NCBI RefSeq assembly: GCF_001194135.2
Contig: NC_069005.1
Location: forward strand, 29,290,447 to 29,354,446
Length of the DNA: 64,000 nt
Source: Octopus bimaculoides
Taxonomy: Eukaryota
Direction: 5' to 3'
Below, in pieces: positions 10,455 to 23,900 of this stretch. The translations under genes were made by a program, and so were the position numbers. Within the stretch, counting starts at the first letter, position 1. Each line of letters begins with the position of its first letter. The notes below the pieces were generated by a model. That model was not told the origin of the DNA. It did no database searches and saw only the letters and a list, made by a program, of their open reading frames with translations.

Positions 10455-10566
10455 CGCTTGACAACCGATGCTGGTGTGTTTACGTCCCAGTAACTTAGCG
10501 GTTCGGCAAAAGAGTCCCATAGAATAAGTACTAGGCTTCCAAAGAATAAGTCCTGGGGTCGATTTG
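10455..10566 (+). mobile_element. Repeat family C (SINE tail-like)
   Basis: cttgacaacc.atg.tggtgtgtttac.tccc..taacttagc.gttcggcaaaagag; copies at about 7940-8140, 14020-14195, 15340-15530 and 35040-35090(-). Confidence 0.7.
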
Positions 10567-11180
10567 NNNNNNNNNNNNNNNNNNNNNNNNNNNNNNNNNN
10601 NNNNNNNNNNNNNNNNNNNNNNNNNNNNNNNNNNNNNNNNNNNNNNNNNNNNNNNNNNNNNNNNNNNNNNNNNNNNNNNNNNNNNNNNNNNNNNNNNNNN
10701 NNNNNNNNNNNNNNNNNNNNNNNNNNNNNNNNNNNNNNNNNNNNNNNNNNNNNNNNNNNNNNNNNNNNNNNNNNNNNNNNNNNNNNNNNNNNNNNNNNNN
10801 NNNNNNNNNNNNNNNNNNNNNNNNNNNNNNNNNNNNNNNNNNNNNNNNNNNNNNNNNNNNNNNNNNNNNNNNNNNNNNNNNNNNNNNNNNNNNNNNNNNN
10901 NNNNNNNNNNNNNNNNNNNNNNNNNNNNNNNNNNNNNNNNNNNNNNNNNNNNNNNNNNNNNNNNNNNNNNNNNNNNNNNNNNNNNNNNNNNNNNNNNNNN
11001 NNNNNNNNNNNNNNNNNNNNNNTAACACTTGATTCTTTTTTATTTATTTAGATTTGTTTTAGAATTGATTTTCTCTCGGAAATATTATTGTGATTTTGTG
11101 ACGGGAATAACATTTTCTTTCTAAGTTTCAAACTAAGCAATGGGACTTTACAAAATTATCATTTGAATAAGATTACTCAC

Positions 11181-11248
11181 TCCTTCGCGGTTGTTACAGG
11201 ACTAAACCTTTTGCCCTCCACAACTTTCTTGTTCGATTTTGGCAACAT
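11181..11248 (-). CDS. ADGB: Androglobin exon 1 CDS (MLPKSNKKVVEGKRFSPVTTAK)
   Basis: ATG at 11248 in aaaaATG context, gtgagt donor, phase 2 matches next exon; poorly conserved sequence. Confidence 0.7.
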
Positions 11249-11399
11249 TTTTCTTTAAAAAAAAAAAAAGATCTACCCGCTTTTACTCTCTCTCTCTCTC
11301 TGTTTTTCTCTTTCCCTCTCACTCTATTTGCCTTTCTCTATTTCTGTCGCTCTCTGCATTTCCTTTTCTCTGTTTCTCTTGCACGTTTATGGCATAGGC

Positions 11400-11413
11400 G
11401 TTACCTTAGTAAC
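11400..11413. promoter_or_regulatory. RFX X-box (GTTACCTTAGTAAC) in putative ADGB promoter
   Basis: Exact match to GTNRCC(N0-3)RGYAAC in a CpG-richer patch about 150 bp upstream of the ADGB ATG. Confidence 0.75.
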
Positions 11414-13471
11414 AGAGACGGTGTCGAGTAACGTGTAGAGCCCACGTAAAAATAATCCGGATCGCAGTAGGCGATAGTGGAGGAGCTTATTCGTGTTCTA
11501 ATTAAAGTGATTCAAACTGTTTGACTGCGTTCAAGATACTAACCACTGTTATTACAAACAGACACACATTTACCAAAGAAAACTACATGCTATTCAAAAC
11601 AAAAACATGTATTGTAGGACGTATGACATGCCAAGCATGAAACTAATAGCCTTAGAGTACCAACAAGAACAACTGTATTAGATGCACAGGGCATTTTATT
11701 CATAATCCATTTCAAATCTATGATGTCGCTATCACCATTGGAATTGGTATGAACGTTTTTGAGCAATCTTAATCGATTTATCAGTTGTAATTGTTTCAAA
11801 TTTTAATTCGTTCATTTTTCGTCTATGAAACCGCACTTGCATTCGTTGTCCTCAAAGCCCACATGGTAATCTTTCTTTCCCTTCTCTTTTCTCTGTTGTG
11901 CGATGCTCTTCTTACCATCGGCCACGTTACAGTGTTGACTAGGTGCATTATTGTATCAAGCCAGAGGTTCTATGCAGCAGGACTTAAAAACAGTCCTCAA
12001 TCAGTTTTCTTTAATTAGGATCATGTCTCCTAGAGTAATTTCCTATCTTTTCTTTTTAATTTTTTTCAATTGTGTTCTCTGTTTTGTCCAATTTTCTAAT
12101 TTAATTTTGTAAAACGGTAAACACTGTGAAGGCAATAAAATTTCGTATATTGTTATATTATAATAAAAAAGAAAAACTTCCTATTTGACGTTCATAAAAT
12201 CATAGTGGTCCAAAAAGTTAATTTCAATAAAACATTTCATAATTATAAGTGGTGCGCACTAATAACAGTGAGTAAAAAGTGAGGGGAAAATGTTCGACTT
12301 ATTTTGAATAGAATTATGGCACGTGAGAATTCTTCAACAGTCCACGGCGGGCACACCAAGCAATACAAATTGCTGAATCTGATAAAGATCGAGCAACTAT
12401 CGTAATTGTACGTCTTTTATTGATTATCTGCTGATCTGTAAGTATTTCGTTGGGATTCTGCAGGGCATCCACGCGACATGCTGATCGAGTTGAAATGAAA
12501 TTGTAACTAAAATTTGTTTTTACAAACGTCAAAAAGGCTGCTTGCGAAGTTCACTTCTTTGTTCTATCTTCACTCGGAGTTGATAAAGCAATTAGGCAAC
12601 AAAGTGAATCATCAGCTTCAAACAAGAAATAACTCTACAATTTCTATTGAGTAACGTATACTATCCGCCATTCCATTACTTCTCAAATTGACGAAAACCA
12701 GCCCTCCATCTCCATCTCCCAGTCTCCAAAATATTACTGAAGTGTTTTCCATCCTTCTCACCTTTCTATTAATAACAAAAAGAAATATTCTACATTCATA
12801 TCTCACAGCTCTCTTTGCCTTGATGTCAGACCAAGTTTATAACGATCTTAATGGCTTTATAGTTAAGAGGTTCGCTATCCAACTACATGGCTTTGGGTTC
12901 AGTCCCATTTCATGGCACCTTGGGCAAGTGTTTTCTATTTTAGCCCCAAGTTGATCAATACCTTGCGAGTGAATTTGCTTGACAGAAACAGCGTGGAAAT
13001 CTGTCATGTATGTCTGTGTGTGTGTATGTGTGTGAGAGAGAGCTTTGGCAGAAGAAACATAACTACAGCTGTCCTTTCAGACAATTTGGCTGTCTTTTCC
13101 TTAATGACCTGTCAATTCTGGAGATCTTGCTTCTTGCGATTGTCTCCCCTGCTTATTTAAAGGTGTTACCGATTACCACCCAACCAGTTGGGCTACCTTC
13201 TACAGAACTGGAGATAATTTCAATAAAGGGAGAATTCATTTTGTATGTTATTTAATATAACCTTATTTGTCTCCATTGTTGAAATACATGGCACTAATCT
13301 CTGACTTATTTCTCATAGCTTTCGACACACACACACACACACACTCATATATGGGCTGGCCATTGGAGTCTGACATGTCGTCTATAAAGGTAGGCGCTTT
13401 ATCGATGCAAAACCATTGGTCATTCTATGACCAGACATATATTCAACTTCATATATATATATATATATATA

Positions 13472-13511
<40 letters not shown>

Positions 13512-16500
13512 CTTGTCTTAACTTAGGCCCTGAACACCTGTCTCAGGGACAGGGTTATGTCATGATGTGTGGTACTGCTTGGACATGCTTTTAGACCTGG
13601 CAGAGTTCATCCATCTCCAGGTCTGATCACATCTGATTTGTTCCAGAAAATTGACAGACAGATTAAAGAAAAGAAAAGAATCCATCTTAGATCATCATCA
13701 TCATCATCATCATTATTTAATGTCTTTTTTTCCATGCTGGCATGGATTGGATGGTTTGACTGGAGCTGGTAAGACAGGGGTTTGCACTAGACTCAGTTGT
13801 CTGTTCTGACATGGTTTCAACAGCTGGATGCCCTCCCTACTGCCAACCACTCCACATTGGTTGCTTTTAAAGGGATGTTACTCTTACCTGATCTTGTAAG
13901 ACTACATATTAACCAAGTTAGTTAAGAAACAATTACAGCACCAAATATGGAAGTTTTACCTCACCCTCATCACTCAAATGACTGAAACAGATAAAAGATA
14001 AAAAATGTGTGTTTGTTTTCCACCACTGCTTGACAACTGGTGTTGGTGTGTTTATACCCCCATAACTTAGCAGTTTGGTAAAAGAAGGACAATAGAATAA
14101 GTACTGGGTTTGATTCATTCAATTAAAATTCTTTAAGGCAATGCCCCAGTATGGCTACAGTCTAATGGTTGAAGCAATTAAAGTCAAAGGTAAAAGATAT
14201 ATGAACCTGGTGGCAATTGTTGGCAACATAAAAGGGGAGATAATTTGAAGACCACTGTATTTCACAGACAGGGAAGAGAAAAGAAAGAAAGAGAGAGAGA
14301 AAAGGTAAAGTTTAACAATAAAATTATGACATCACAATATTGTGATGTTGTAAATATCTTGTTTAGTTTCTATGTTGATATTTTTACCATTCCCTAGCTT
14401 CTGAATTGGCCGTGAAGAAGAATTGTAAGATAATGAACTGCTTCAGAGATATTCCGTCACTACCCTTCTCGTTAAATCTACTCAAATTTACCTTTTATTT
14501 GATCTGGTACTTCGTAGTTTTTATAGATATATTTTATTATTTAATGTGCGGGTGAGTCTATTTATTTTATTTTATTTTATTTTTTATTTTATTTTCAAAT
14601 ACGAAATAGAAGCAGCACTAGTGTAACAAACATTATCGACTACAAGTATTTAATGAGTGTGTTTTGTGGTCGATAATGCTTATTTTTATTATTGTACTTA
14701 TTTCAGTGCCCTTTGTCTGAAATCTTTCTTCACACGTCCTGTAACCTCTTCAGTGACTTCTCATCCCACATGTCTCCTCGTGTTTCATTTAGTCCATGCC
14801 TGGCAGAACTTATGCCTTGAATTAGAAATCAATATTTCTATGGACATGAAGGTAGAATCATTAGCACAATGGGCAACATGCTTAGTAGCATTTTGTCCAT
14901 CTTTACGTTCTGAGTTCAAATTCCACCAAGGTCGTCTTTGCCTTTCATCCTTTTAGATTCAATAAAATAAGTACCAGTGAAATTCTGGGGTCGATGTAAT
15001 CGACTAGTCCCCTTCCCCAAAACTTCAGACCTTGTGCCTATAATAAGATTATTATTATTATTATTAAGGCTGTGAGCTGGCAGAATCGTTAGCACACTGG
15101 GCGAAATGCCTGGTGGTTCGTCTTTACATTCTGAGTTCAAATTCCACTGATGTTCACTTTGCCTTTCTTCCTTTCGTGGTTGATAAAATAAGTAGCAGTT
15201 GAGTACTGGAGGCGATGTAATCGACTAGCCCCTCCCCTGAGCTTGCTGGCCTTTGTGCCAAAATTTGAAACTGATATATCTGTGGAACATGTGTTTGTGT
15301 GTGTGTATATGTTACTGTGTACCTTTGTATATTTGCTCGCCACCATTTGACAACCAGTGTTGGTTTGTTTATGTTCCAGTATCGTAGCAGTTTGGCAAAA
15401 GAGGCCGATAGACTAAGCACCACACTTAAAAAAATTACATATCAGGGTCAATGTGTTTGACCAAACCCTTCAAGTCATTGCCCCAGCTTGGCCACAATCC
15501 AATGACTGAAACAAGTAAAAGATAAAAGATTTATTCGAATTCCTTCTCTCTCTCTCTGTCACTCACTGTTTTTTTTCTTTTTCGATTTCGCCTTTTTTTT
15601 ACCTTTTCTTCTTTCTTTTTCTTTTCTAGTTGCCACAATTGTAGTGAAGTAATTCCGGAAAATGTTCTGGCTGACGAATTATTGACAACAACATCAATGT
15701 GGGACAATTTCCTGATCTTATCAACGGTAGTTAAGGGAAATTATTGTTGCGAACACTGCCACTCTCTCTACAGAGTCCGAATCTGGAGGAATTTACCAAT
15801 TATTGGGAACTGGATTTGTGACATTACTTTAGCTTTCCATTTACTATAAACTGTACAATAATAAACAGGATTATTTCATCATTGCTAAAGGTCTCATGCC
15901 GTCACTGTTAAGTTGCTCACATTCATCAGAAACACCGAAATAATCTGATTGTATTTCACAGACTGACTCATATGTTTGGCCGATCGACAACGCACGCATG
16001 AAACCTTTAGGTGTGAGGAAATATTCTGTTTAGCAACACACAATCAAAACAGACTGTACACACTTCTAACATTGACATGTATTGAACAGTTTGCAATTTT
16101 TCACAAAACACAAAACTGGTACCATTTATATCGACATATATAATGTGTATATATACAGGACAAATTATGTGCACACAAGAAGGTGAAAGGAGAGAACTTA
16201 ACACAAAATTCAGAGTATATGTTATATTATGGGAAGCTGAAACCACCACAAATTGTAACTCCAATTTACTAGTTTCCAATCTCTGGAAGATTATAACTGC
16301 TAGAACACACAAAACCAATATATATGTACATACACTCACATACATATATACATATGCATCTGACAGAAAAATATGATTCAAATATTCAAATGTAACGTGT
16401 AGATTTTGTTTGATTGGACAATGGAAAAATACCCATCATGCATTGCTTTGTTAGATCCTGTGCGGTTTAAATATGTTGAGATGAGAACAAAAGTGAATGG

Positions 16501-16646
16501 AGGGCGTGAGTTTTATATAATGTACAGGAATGGAATATGAATAAAATAAAAATAATCTTTAATTTAAAAAATCTTTAAAAATAACTGTGTATCATTTAAT
16601 CATTGTAAGAATACATAAATTTATATAATTGTGACATAAAATTAGT

Positions 16647-17003
16647 TTAACTCTTTATAGCATTCAGATAGCAAAAGTGTAATACTTTTCTAATCCACAT
16701 TGTTTGGAATTAGTCGTGTGGCTTCAAGATTTCAATGATGTGGTTGTTCATGTTTACAGTGACTTTGTCAGGTAGGTGTAAGATGTTGGATCTAGCCAGT
16801 TTGAATATAAAAGGCAGAATAGTTTGGCCAGATCTGGCTGGTTTAAATGCTCTTTAGAATTCAGACTGCTCTGTCAAAAGTAAAGCTTATTTATTCACAC
16901 AGTTTTGAACTAATCATGCATTTGAGATTTCGAGAAGGTGATTGACATTGTAGGGTAGACGTGAGAGTCTGGATCTGGCTGCTTTAAACACTAAAGGGTT
17001 AAA
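16647..17003. mobile_element. Head-to-tail dimer of piggyBac-like MITE family 2
   Basis: Internal body repeated twice with junction aaatgc/tctttagaattcag at about 16847; ends cactaaagggttaa. Confidence 0.55.
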
Positions 17004-17334
17004 GATAACACATACATGCATACATACACACCTTTGCATATATGCGTGTGAGAAAGAGAGACTCTGTGGTTAAGAAATCTCTTCCGGATTCATGTCGTCT
17101 CAGTCCCACTTTGGGGCACTCTGAGTTGACCAAAGCCTTGTGAGTAGATTTAGTTGATGGAAACTGAAAGAAGCCCATCATACATGCGTATAAGGTGGTC
17201 GTTGTTAGGAAGGGCATCCAGTTATAAAAACCATGCCAAAACAGACAGTGAATCCTGGTGCAATTTTCTGCCTAGCCAGCCCCTGTCAAACCATCCAACC
17301 AATGCCAGCATGGAAAACAGATTGTTTTCTACTC

Positions 17335-18110
17335 TAGGCACAAGGCCTGAAATTTTTGGGGGAGAGGCCTGTCAATTAGATCGACCCAATATACAACTGG
17401 TACTTAATTTATTGACACCAAAAAGATAGAAGGCAAAATCGACCTTGGCGGAATTTGAACTCAGAACATAAAGACAGACGAAATACCACTAAGCCTGTCA
17501 TCCAGTGTGCTGTTTCTGCCAACTCACCATCGCTGCCTTATTATTACTGTTATGCCGCTGAGATGGTAGAATTGTTAGCACACTGTGAAAAATGCTTAGC
17601 AGCATTTCATCCATCTTTATGTTCTAAGTTCAAATTCTGTTGAAGTCGACTTTGCCTTTCATCCTTTTGGGGTCAATAAATTAAGTATCAGTCAAGTACT
17701 GGGGTCAATGGAATCGACTACTCCCCTTCCCCCAAATTTCAAATTTTGACACAAGCCCAGCAAGCTCAGGGAGGGGATAAATCAAGTACACTGACCCCCA
17801 GTGTTCAATTGGTACCTATTTTATCAATCCCCAAAGGATAAAAGGCAAAGCTGACCTCGGTGGAATTTGAACTCAGAACGTTAGATAGACAAAATGCCAC
17901 TAAGCATTTTGCCCAGCATGCTAACAATTCTGTCAGCTCACTGCCTTTTTAATGATAATAATTAGTTACTAATTTAGGCACAAGGCAAGCAACTTTTAAG
18001 GCAAGGAGTTAGACAATTACATCAACCCAATTACTTAACTAGTGCCTATTTTATTAAACCCAGAGAGATGAAAGACAAAGTCGACCTCAGAGCAATTTGA
18101 ACTCAAAACA
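17335..18110. mobile_element. Cluster of four SINE family A copies in alternating orientation (-,+,-,-)
   Basis: About 17335-17535(-), 17553-17745(+), 17750-17947(-), 17985-18110(-), all with central domain and B-box. Confidence 0.8.
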
Positions 18111-18404
18111 AATACCACAAAATATTTTCTCGCCAACATAACCACCTTTACAATAGGAAATAAGATTAATTAAACTGTCATCAACAAATTAAAACAAAAC
18201 CAAAAGCCAAGATGAAATACATAGCTGTATTTATTAAAATATTTTTGTTTTTAATTACTTCAAAAGAAAAAAAAAAATTGGTACGGCAAGAGTTTATATT
18301 ACAACAATTTTATTATAATTAAATTTTCCACTAATGAATAACAGAATGATCAAAGTGATAAATACACCAACACAGAATTGTTGTTCTTTAATATTAATGG
18401 GTGG

Positions 18405-18436
<32 letters not shown>

Positions 18437-18631
18437 TGCAGCAGCAGCAGTACGAACCAACCAGTCCGTCAGCAACAGTCCAATTCCACTGTCTTCTAGT
18501 GTTCACCACTAGACAATGCTGGGCCAAATCTACAGATGGAAGAAGTGTGTAGTGGGCGGGGCAGGGTGGTGGGGAAAGGGGTTTCAGAGAGCAAAACCAG
18601 ATTCAACCAGTTCATAATAAGAATGTGTGCG

Positions 18632-18672
<41 letters not shown>

Positions 18673-20060
18673 ATAGACTTAAAAATAAAATAAAATAAAA
18701 TTAGCAGAGCTAGGCTAGTTCCAGTATCTTTTGGGATTAACAGAAAAGGGGATAGAGGAAACAAATTTGAGGTTTCTGACATTCTAACCAATGCCAAATC
18801 AAGACAAAGAACTATGATAGCTTAATTATGTTTGAGTTCTAAAACAGAACAACAGAGAACAGTTTGTTTTTGTTTTTTTGCCATATGTTTAAGCCTTAGA
18901 TAAAAAACTTAGAGATCGATAAATTAATATTCACGCCATAAGACTGGTGTGTTGTGACAGATACATTACACCCACAAATGTGTGTATATTTGTTTAACCC
19001 CTTTCAGGGTATTGGATGTTCATCAGATGACTTTTTTTTGTTGTTGTTGTTTTGTTTCACTGAGCTGGGTTTATGGAAAAGTGCAGAGGGGGAGAGAGAG
19101 AGAGAGCATATGTCTGCACTTGCAGTCGTGCACCACACTCAGATCTCTACACTGATTGCAGCAAGAGAGCAGAATAGGTGACAGGCAGGCTGGCTGGNNN
19201 NNNNNNNNNNNNNNNNNNNNNNNNNNNNNNNNNNNNNNNNNNNNNNNNNNNNNNNNNNNNNNNNNNNNNNNNNNNNNNNNNNNNNNNNNNNNNNNNNNNN
19301 NNNNNNNNNNNNNNNNNNNNNNNNNNNNNNNNNNNNNNNNNNNNNNNNNNNNNNNNNNNNNNNNNNNNNNNNNNNNNNNNNNNNNNNNNNNNNNNNNNNN
19401 NNNNNNNNNNNNNNNNNNNNNNNNNNNNNNNNNNNNNNNNNNNNNNNNNNNNNNNNNNNNNNNNNNNNNNNNNNNNNNNNNNNNNNNNNNNNNNNNNNNN
19501 NNNNNNNNNNNNNNNNNNNNNNNNNNNNNNNNNNNNNNNNNNNNNNNNNNNNNNNNNNNNNNNNNNNNNNNNNNNNNNNNNNNNNNNNNNNNNNNNNNNN
19601 NNNNNNNNNNNNNNNNNNNNNNNNNNNNNNNNNNNNNNNNNNNNNNNNNNNNNNNNNNNNNNNNNNNNNNNNNNNNNNNNNNNNNNNNNNNNNNNNNNNN
19701 NNNNNNNNNNNNNNNNNNNNNNNNNNNNNNNNNNNNNNNNNNNNNNNNNNNNNNNNNNNNNNNNNNNNNNNNNNNNNNNNNNNNNNNNNNNNNNNNNNNN
19801 NNNNNNNNNNNNNNNNNNNNNNNNNNNNNNNNNNNNNNNNNNNNNNNNNNNNNNNNNNNNNNNNNNNNNNNNNNNNNNNNNNNNNNNNNNNNNNNNNNNN
19901 NNNNNNNNNNNNNNNNNNNNNNNNNNNNNNNNNNNNNNNNNNNNNNNNNNNNNNNNNNNNNNNNNNNNNNNNNNNNNNNNNNNNNNNNNNNNNNNNNNNN
20001 NNNNNNNNNNNNNNNNNNNNNNNNNNNNNNNNNNNNNNNNNNNNNNNNNNNNNNNNNNNN

Positions 20061-20117
<57 letters not shown>

Positions 20118-20199
20118 AACTGCTTCCTTATCTCTAAGCCAAAACATTTCTGCATAACAAATGAAGCACAAGTTCACTGCATTTCTTCTCTGAGCGTTT

Positions 20200-20970
20200 T
20201 ACAGAGATGGTTTCGTGCCTCAATGGTTTGGAACAGGTCAGATTCATGATCAAAACAATATCACAAAGGTCTGTCTGTCTGTCTGGTCAGGAATGCTGTA
20301 TACATTGGAGGATGATGACAAACTGAAACTAATCAGTTATATGGTGTTGGCGATGACACTGGTTGGGGAACTAATTATGAAGTACAAAGGCAACATTCTC
20401 AGATATCTGAATATCTCAAAGATATTCAGAAAAAGGAAAGAAGATTACAACCCAAGTCAGGTACAGTTTTTTTCATAGATAAATATGGCTCAGCAATGCT
20501 TCAGGATATATATACATGAGTAGTGATATCAGCTTAACAGTTGATTTGAAACTGTGTTATCATAATTAGAATGATGAGCAATGAGCAACTGCTGCTTAGA
20601 GGATCGGGGAAAGAGGGAAGGATTTAAAAGACTTGGATGGAAGATGGTGAAATATATCAAATGTTATGAACCGATTTTGCAAAGCTTTGTCCAAAGTGAG
20701 CAAACAGGATAACTTCTTCCTGTGTATTGATACAATCCCATCATTCTCTACATAGCGATGCGATCACCCGGACTTCATTGCAAGCAAACAACAACCCAAA
20801 TGTGAACGAGATCGAACCAAAGCAAGCAGATGCTGTTACATTCAAATAGACATGGGCTACACTCTCCAGGGGACGAGAAATGAATTTATCAAACAAGAAC
20901 AGAAGCAGCTGAAGAGCGAGGGGTTGGGTGATGATGCATCCCACACATTCACTTGGACCTACATCTATCA
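20200..20970 (+). mobile_element. Possible highly decayed RLE-clade LINE RT remnant
   Basis: Broken frames with weak echoes (PQWFGTGQ ~ MEFGLDK; KYKG.IL; GKEGR ~ KEGGRGL); my pattern recognition only. Confidence 0.3.
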
Positions 20971-23900
20971 TTAATTGCTTGTTAATAGTAACATAACAAA
21001 AGTTTATTTTCATTATAGAAAGTATTATGGCATATATAATTTCTAATTAGCATTCAATGGCAAGGGATTACTGCATATATATTTTTATTATTAGCAGAAG
21101 CTACAGAGTGACTCAAGTGCCAAGAGTTTCATAAGTGGCATTGCAAGAAACTCTTAGCCATTCTACCAATTAATGCTAAAATTATACATATATACACACA
21201 CATACACACAATAAACTGCAAAAAAAACTAAGTTGCACCATCTTGAAAAATCCAATAACTGACAGTCAATTCTAAAGCCCCATTATCATGATAGCAGCTT
21301 CTAAAATAAATCTCTCTCTCAATGCTAACATTAAACTGTGATAACCCTACACTGGAAGACTTCATATAAAACAACAAACTCAATAATAAAAAAAAAAGAA
21401 GAAAAGCAGACAATTCCTAACATTTCATAAAACTCAAAAACTCTCCAGTTTCAAAAGGAAAAAGTTTACCATTTTGTTATCAGAGATCAAAGACAAAAAC
21501 ATTTTGTAACAAGATCCTATCATTCAAATATTCTCAACATTAGAAAATCAGAAATCAATCCTTTAGCAAGTAAACTACCCCAAATAACAAACTTTGCAAT
21601 ACAAGTTCTATTGCCACAGATACTTTTCTGTGTGTTACAGAGCTAACATTATAAGTCCGTTCTTTTAGTAGGATTTTTTTTTTCTATTCTTTTACAAAAT
21701 TTTTAAATTGGGCATAAAAACAAGAGTCACTGTCTCTAGATTCTTCATCTTCTGGTTATTTTTGGTTTCCTATTTGTAAAGATGCCACTAACTCTGAAGA
21801 TAAAACACATCAGGCACAAGAAGTTGAATAGAAAAATGCTAACAGAGACATATTGAGCAGTCTATTCTTTAACAGTTTTATATATGTGTGTGTGTGTGTA
21901 TGTGGAAAGCTAGTGGTGTCCAGAGCTAATAAAATGTTAGCTCTCTCTCTTCTTAATAAGTATATAAACACATACACACACATAGGGAGGGGGAGAGAGA
22001 GAAGGAGTGTATATGGAAGGACAGCAGTGCTCTGAGCCAACAAATCAGACCTTTGCCTGTAGTAGAATATAAAACATCCCCTCTGAAATATTTTCAGTTT
22101 CTAAACAGAAACTTAATATGGACAAATATTGCATGCAAAACAACAAATGTACTGGATATTATTTTCCTCCAAATTATGACATTAAAGACAACAATGAGCT
22201 CTTAGATTGATACATGACTACAGAAGTGTAACAGAGTAAGAAGCAAGAAAGAATAATCCACTGAATTGACCTGAGTAGGTGATGGCTATTTTGTCAACTA
22301 GGTTGGCACGAAAGGCTAAAGTTAAACTGAGAATGCTCCAAAACAATTCACTACTTATAACCAACACACTGTATTTTAATGATTATTACTGTTATATTCA
22401 GCAATTATTGCTAAATTTCTCCTTGAGCCAAACCAACAGTAATTCAATAATGATTTGTATGTAACACAGGAACAAAGCCTCCCATCCACCTCACACCAAA
22501 AACTTATTTTGACACCTGAAAAGGGTGAAAAGGACAGTCATCATCCATAGAATACCACAAGGCACTAATCCTGCCAAAGCTATTGTAGTCAACGCAATAT
22601 TAGAAAAACTTTTTTTAAAAAACAAAGTACAAGACTTATTTTCATCAGACAAGAAAGAAGTAATCAATGCAAGCGGCTCAGTTTATTACTGGTATTGATA
22701 TTGTGTTGACCTGGGAAGGAAAGTAGATTTAATCTGCATCCACCCTCCACCCCCTCCCACAAACAGATTTGAATGCAGGATGACAAAGGACTGAGCAAGG
22801 TGCCCAAGAAGTATCCAGTCTGGTTCTGTGTAACCGTTGCTATTTCACGATCGTCAAGGAAGGACAAAGGTAGCCTTTACATGACTGCCTGACTCGCTAC
22901 AAATAGCAAGCAAAGTCCCCTCAAATCATATCCTACCATCTTTAGAAAAAAAACAAAAAAACAAAAAAATGTAGCCCTAGCAAGAAATATGATGTACTTA
23001 GGAAAAAAAAAGAAATGATGAATGGTCACAGTTGACACACTTTTGATCATAAGTCTGCTTAATGATGCCTGGCCTGGGGTTAAACAACAATGAATAATAA
23101 TAGTAACAATAATAATAACTTCAACTACAAGCGCAAGGCTGGTAATTTTGAGTGGAAGGACTAAGTCGATTACATCGACCTCAGTACGAGACTGGTACTT
23201 TATTTTATCGACCCGCAAAGGGACGAAAGGCAAAGTTGACCTCAGCAAGATCAGAATAATAATAATTTCTAACATATCAAACAATACTTTTAATGTTATA
23301 TCAAAATAACTTGACAACATAAACAGAGTTTGTTACTTCCCAAGTAGCATCAATGGATCAGAGTTAATGAAATTTTTAAAAAATAAATAAATAACAGCAA
23401 TAATAACAACAACAATAATAATTAACAAAAAGGAAAACACTGAACACTGAATGCTTAGCAGATTCATTTTCTACTACCAGGGTTCATAAGTCCCCTAGTA
23501 GTGCACCTGGAGCAGAGATGTTGTTAAGACTGTTATTTTTTTTTTTTTTTAATAAAAAAAAGACAGTATTAATAAACAAAATGAAAAAAAACAGTAAAAA
23601 CAAAAAAAACAACAACAAAAGGAATGGAACACTAAACGTTCAGCATATTTATTTACTACTACCAAACGAAAAGGAAGAAGAAGAACAACGTATGTCGAGA
23701 GTAGAATATAAGAGAAACAACATTGAAAGACACAAAAGGTGGGGAGAAAGAAGAGAGAAAGAATTGGGAAAGAACATAGTCTTAGGAAGAATGATTCAAT
23801 ATCAAAAGAATATCAGAAACTAAAATGTGGTTAACCTTTTTGATAACCTGTCTGAGACAGTACCTAGCTCTACAATGTCAATTAACCATTTAAAAGCTAC

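Noticed and set aside
15567-15716. Minus-strand 150-nt open exon with cccttaac branch-like motif and gtgagt donor
   Set aside because: The open frame is mostly due to a low-complexity A/G tract; no partner U12 donor or gene context found
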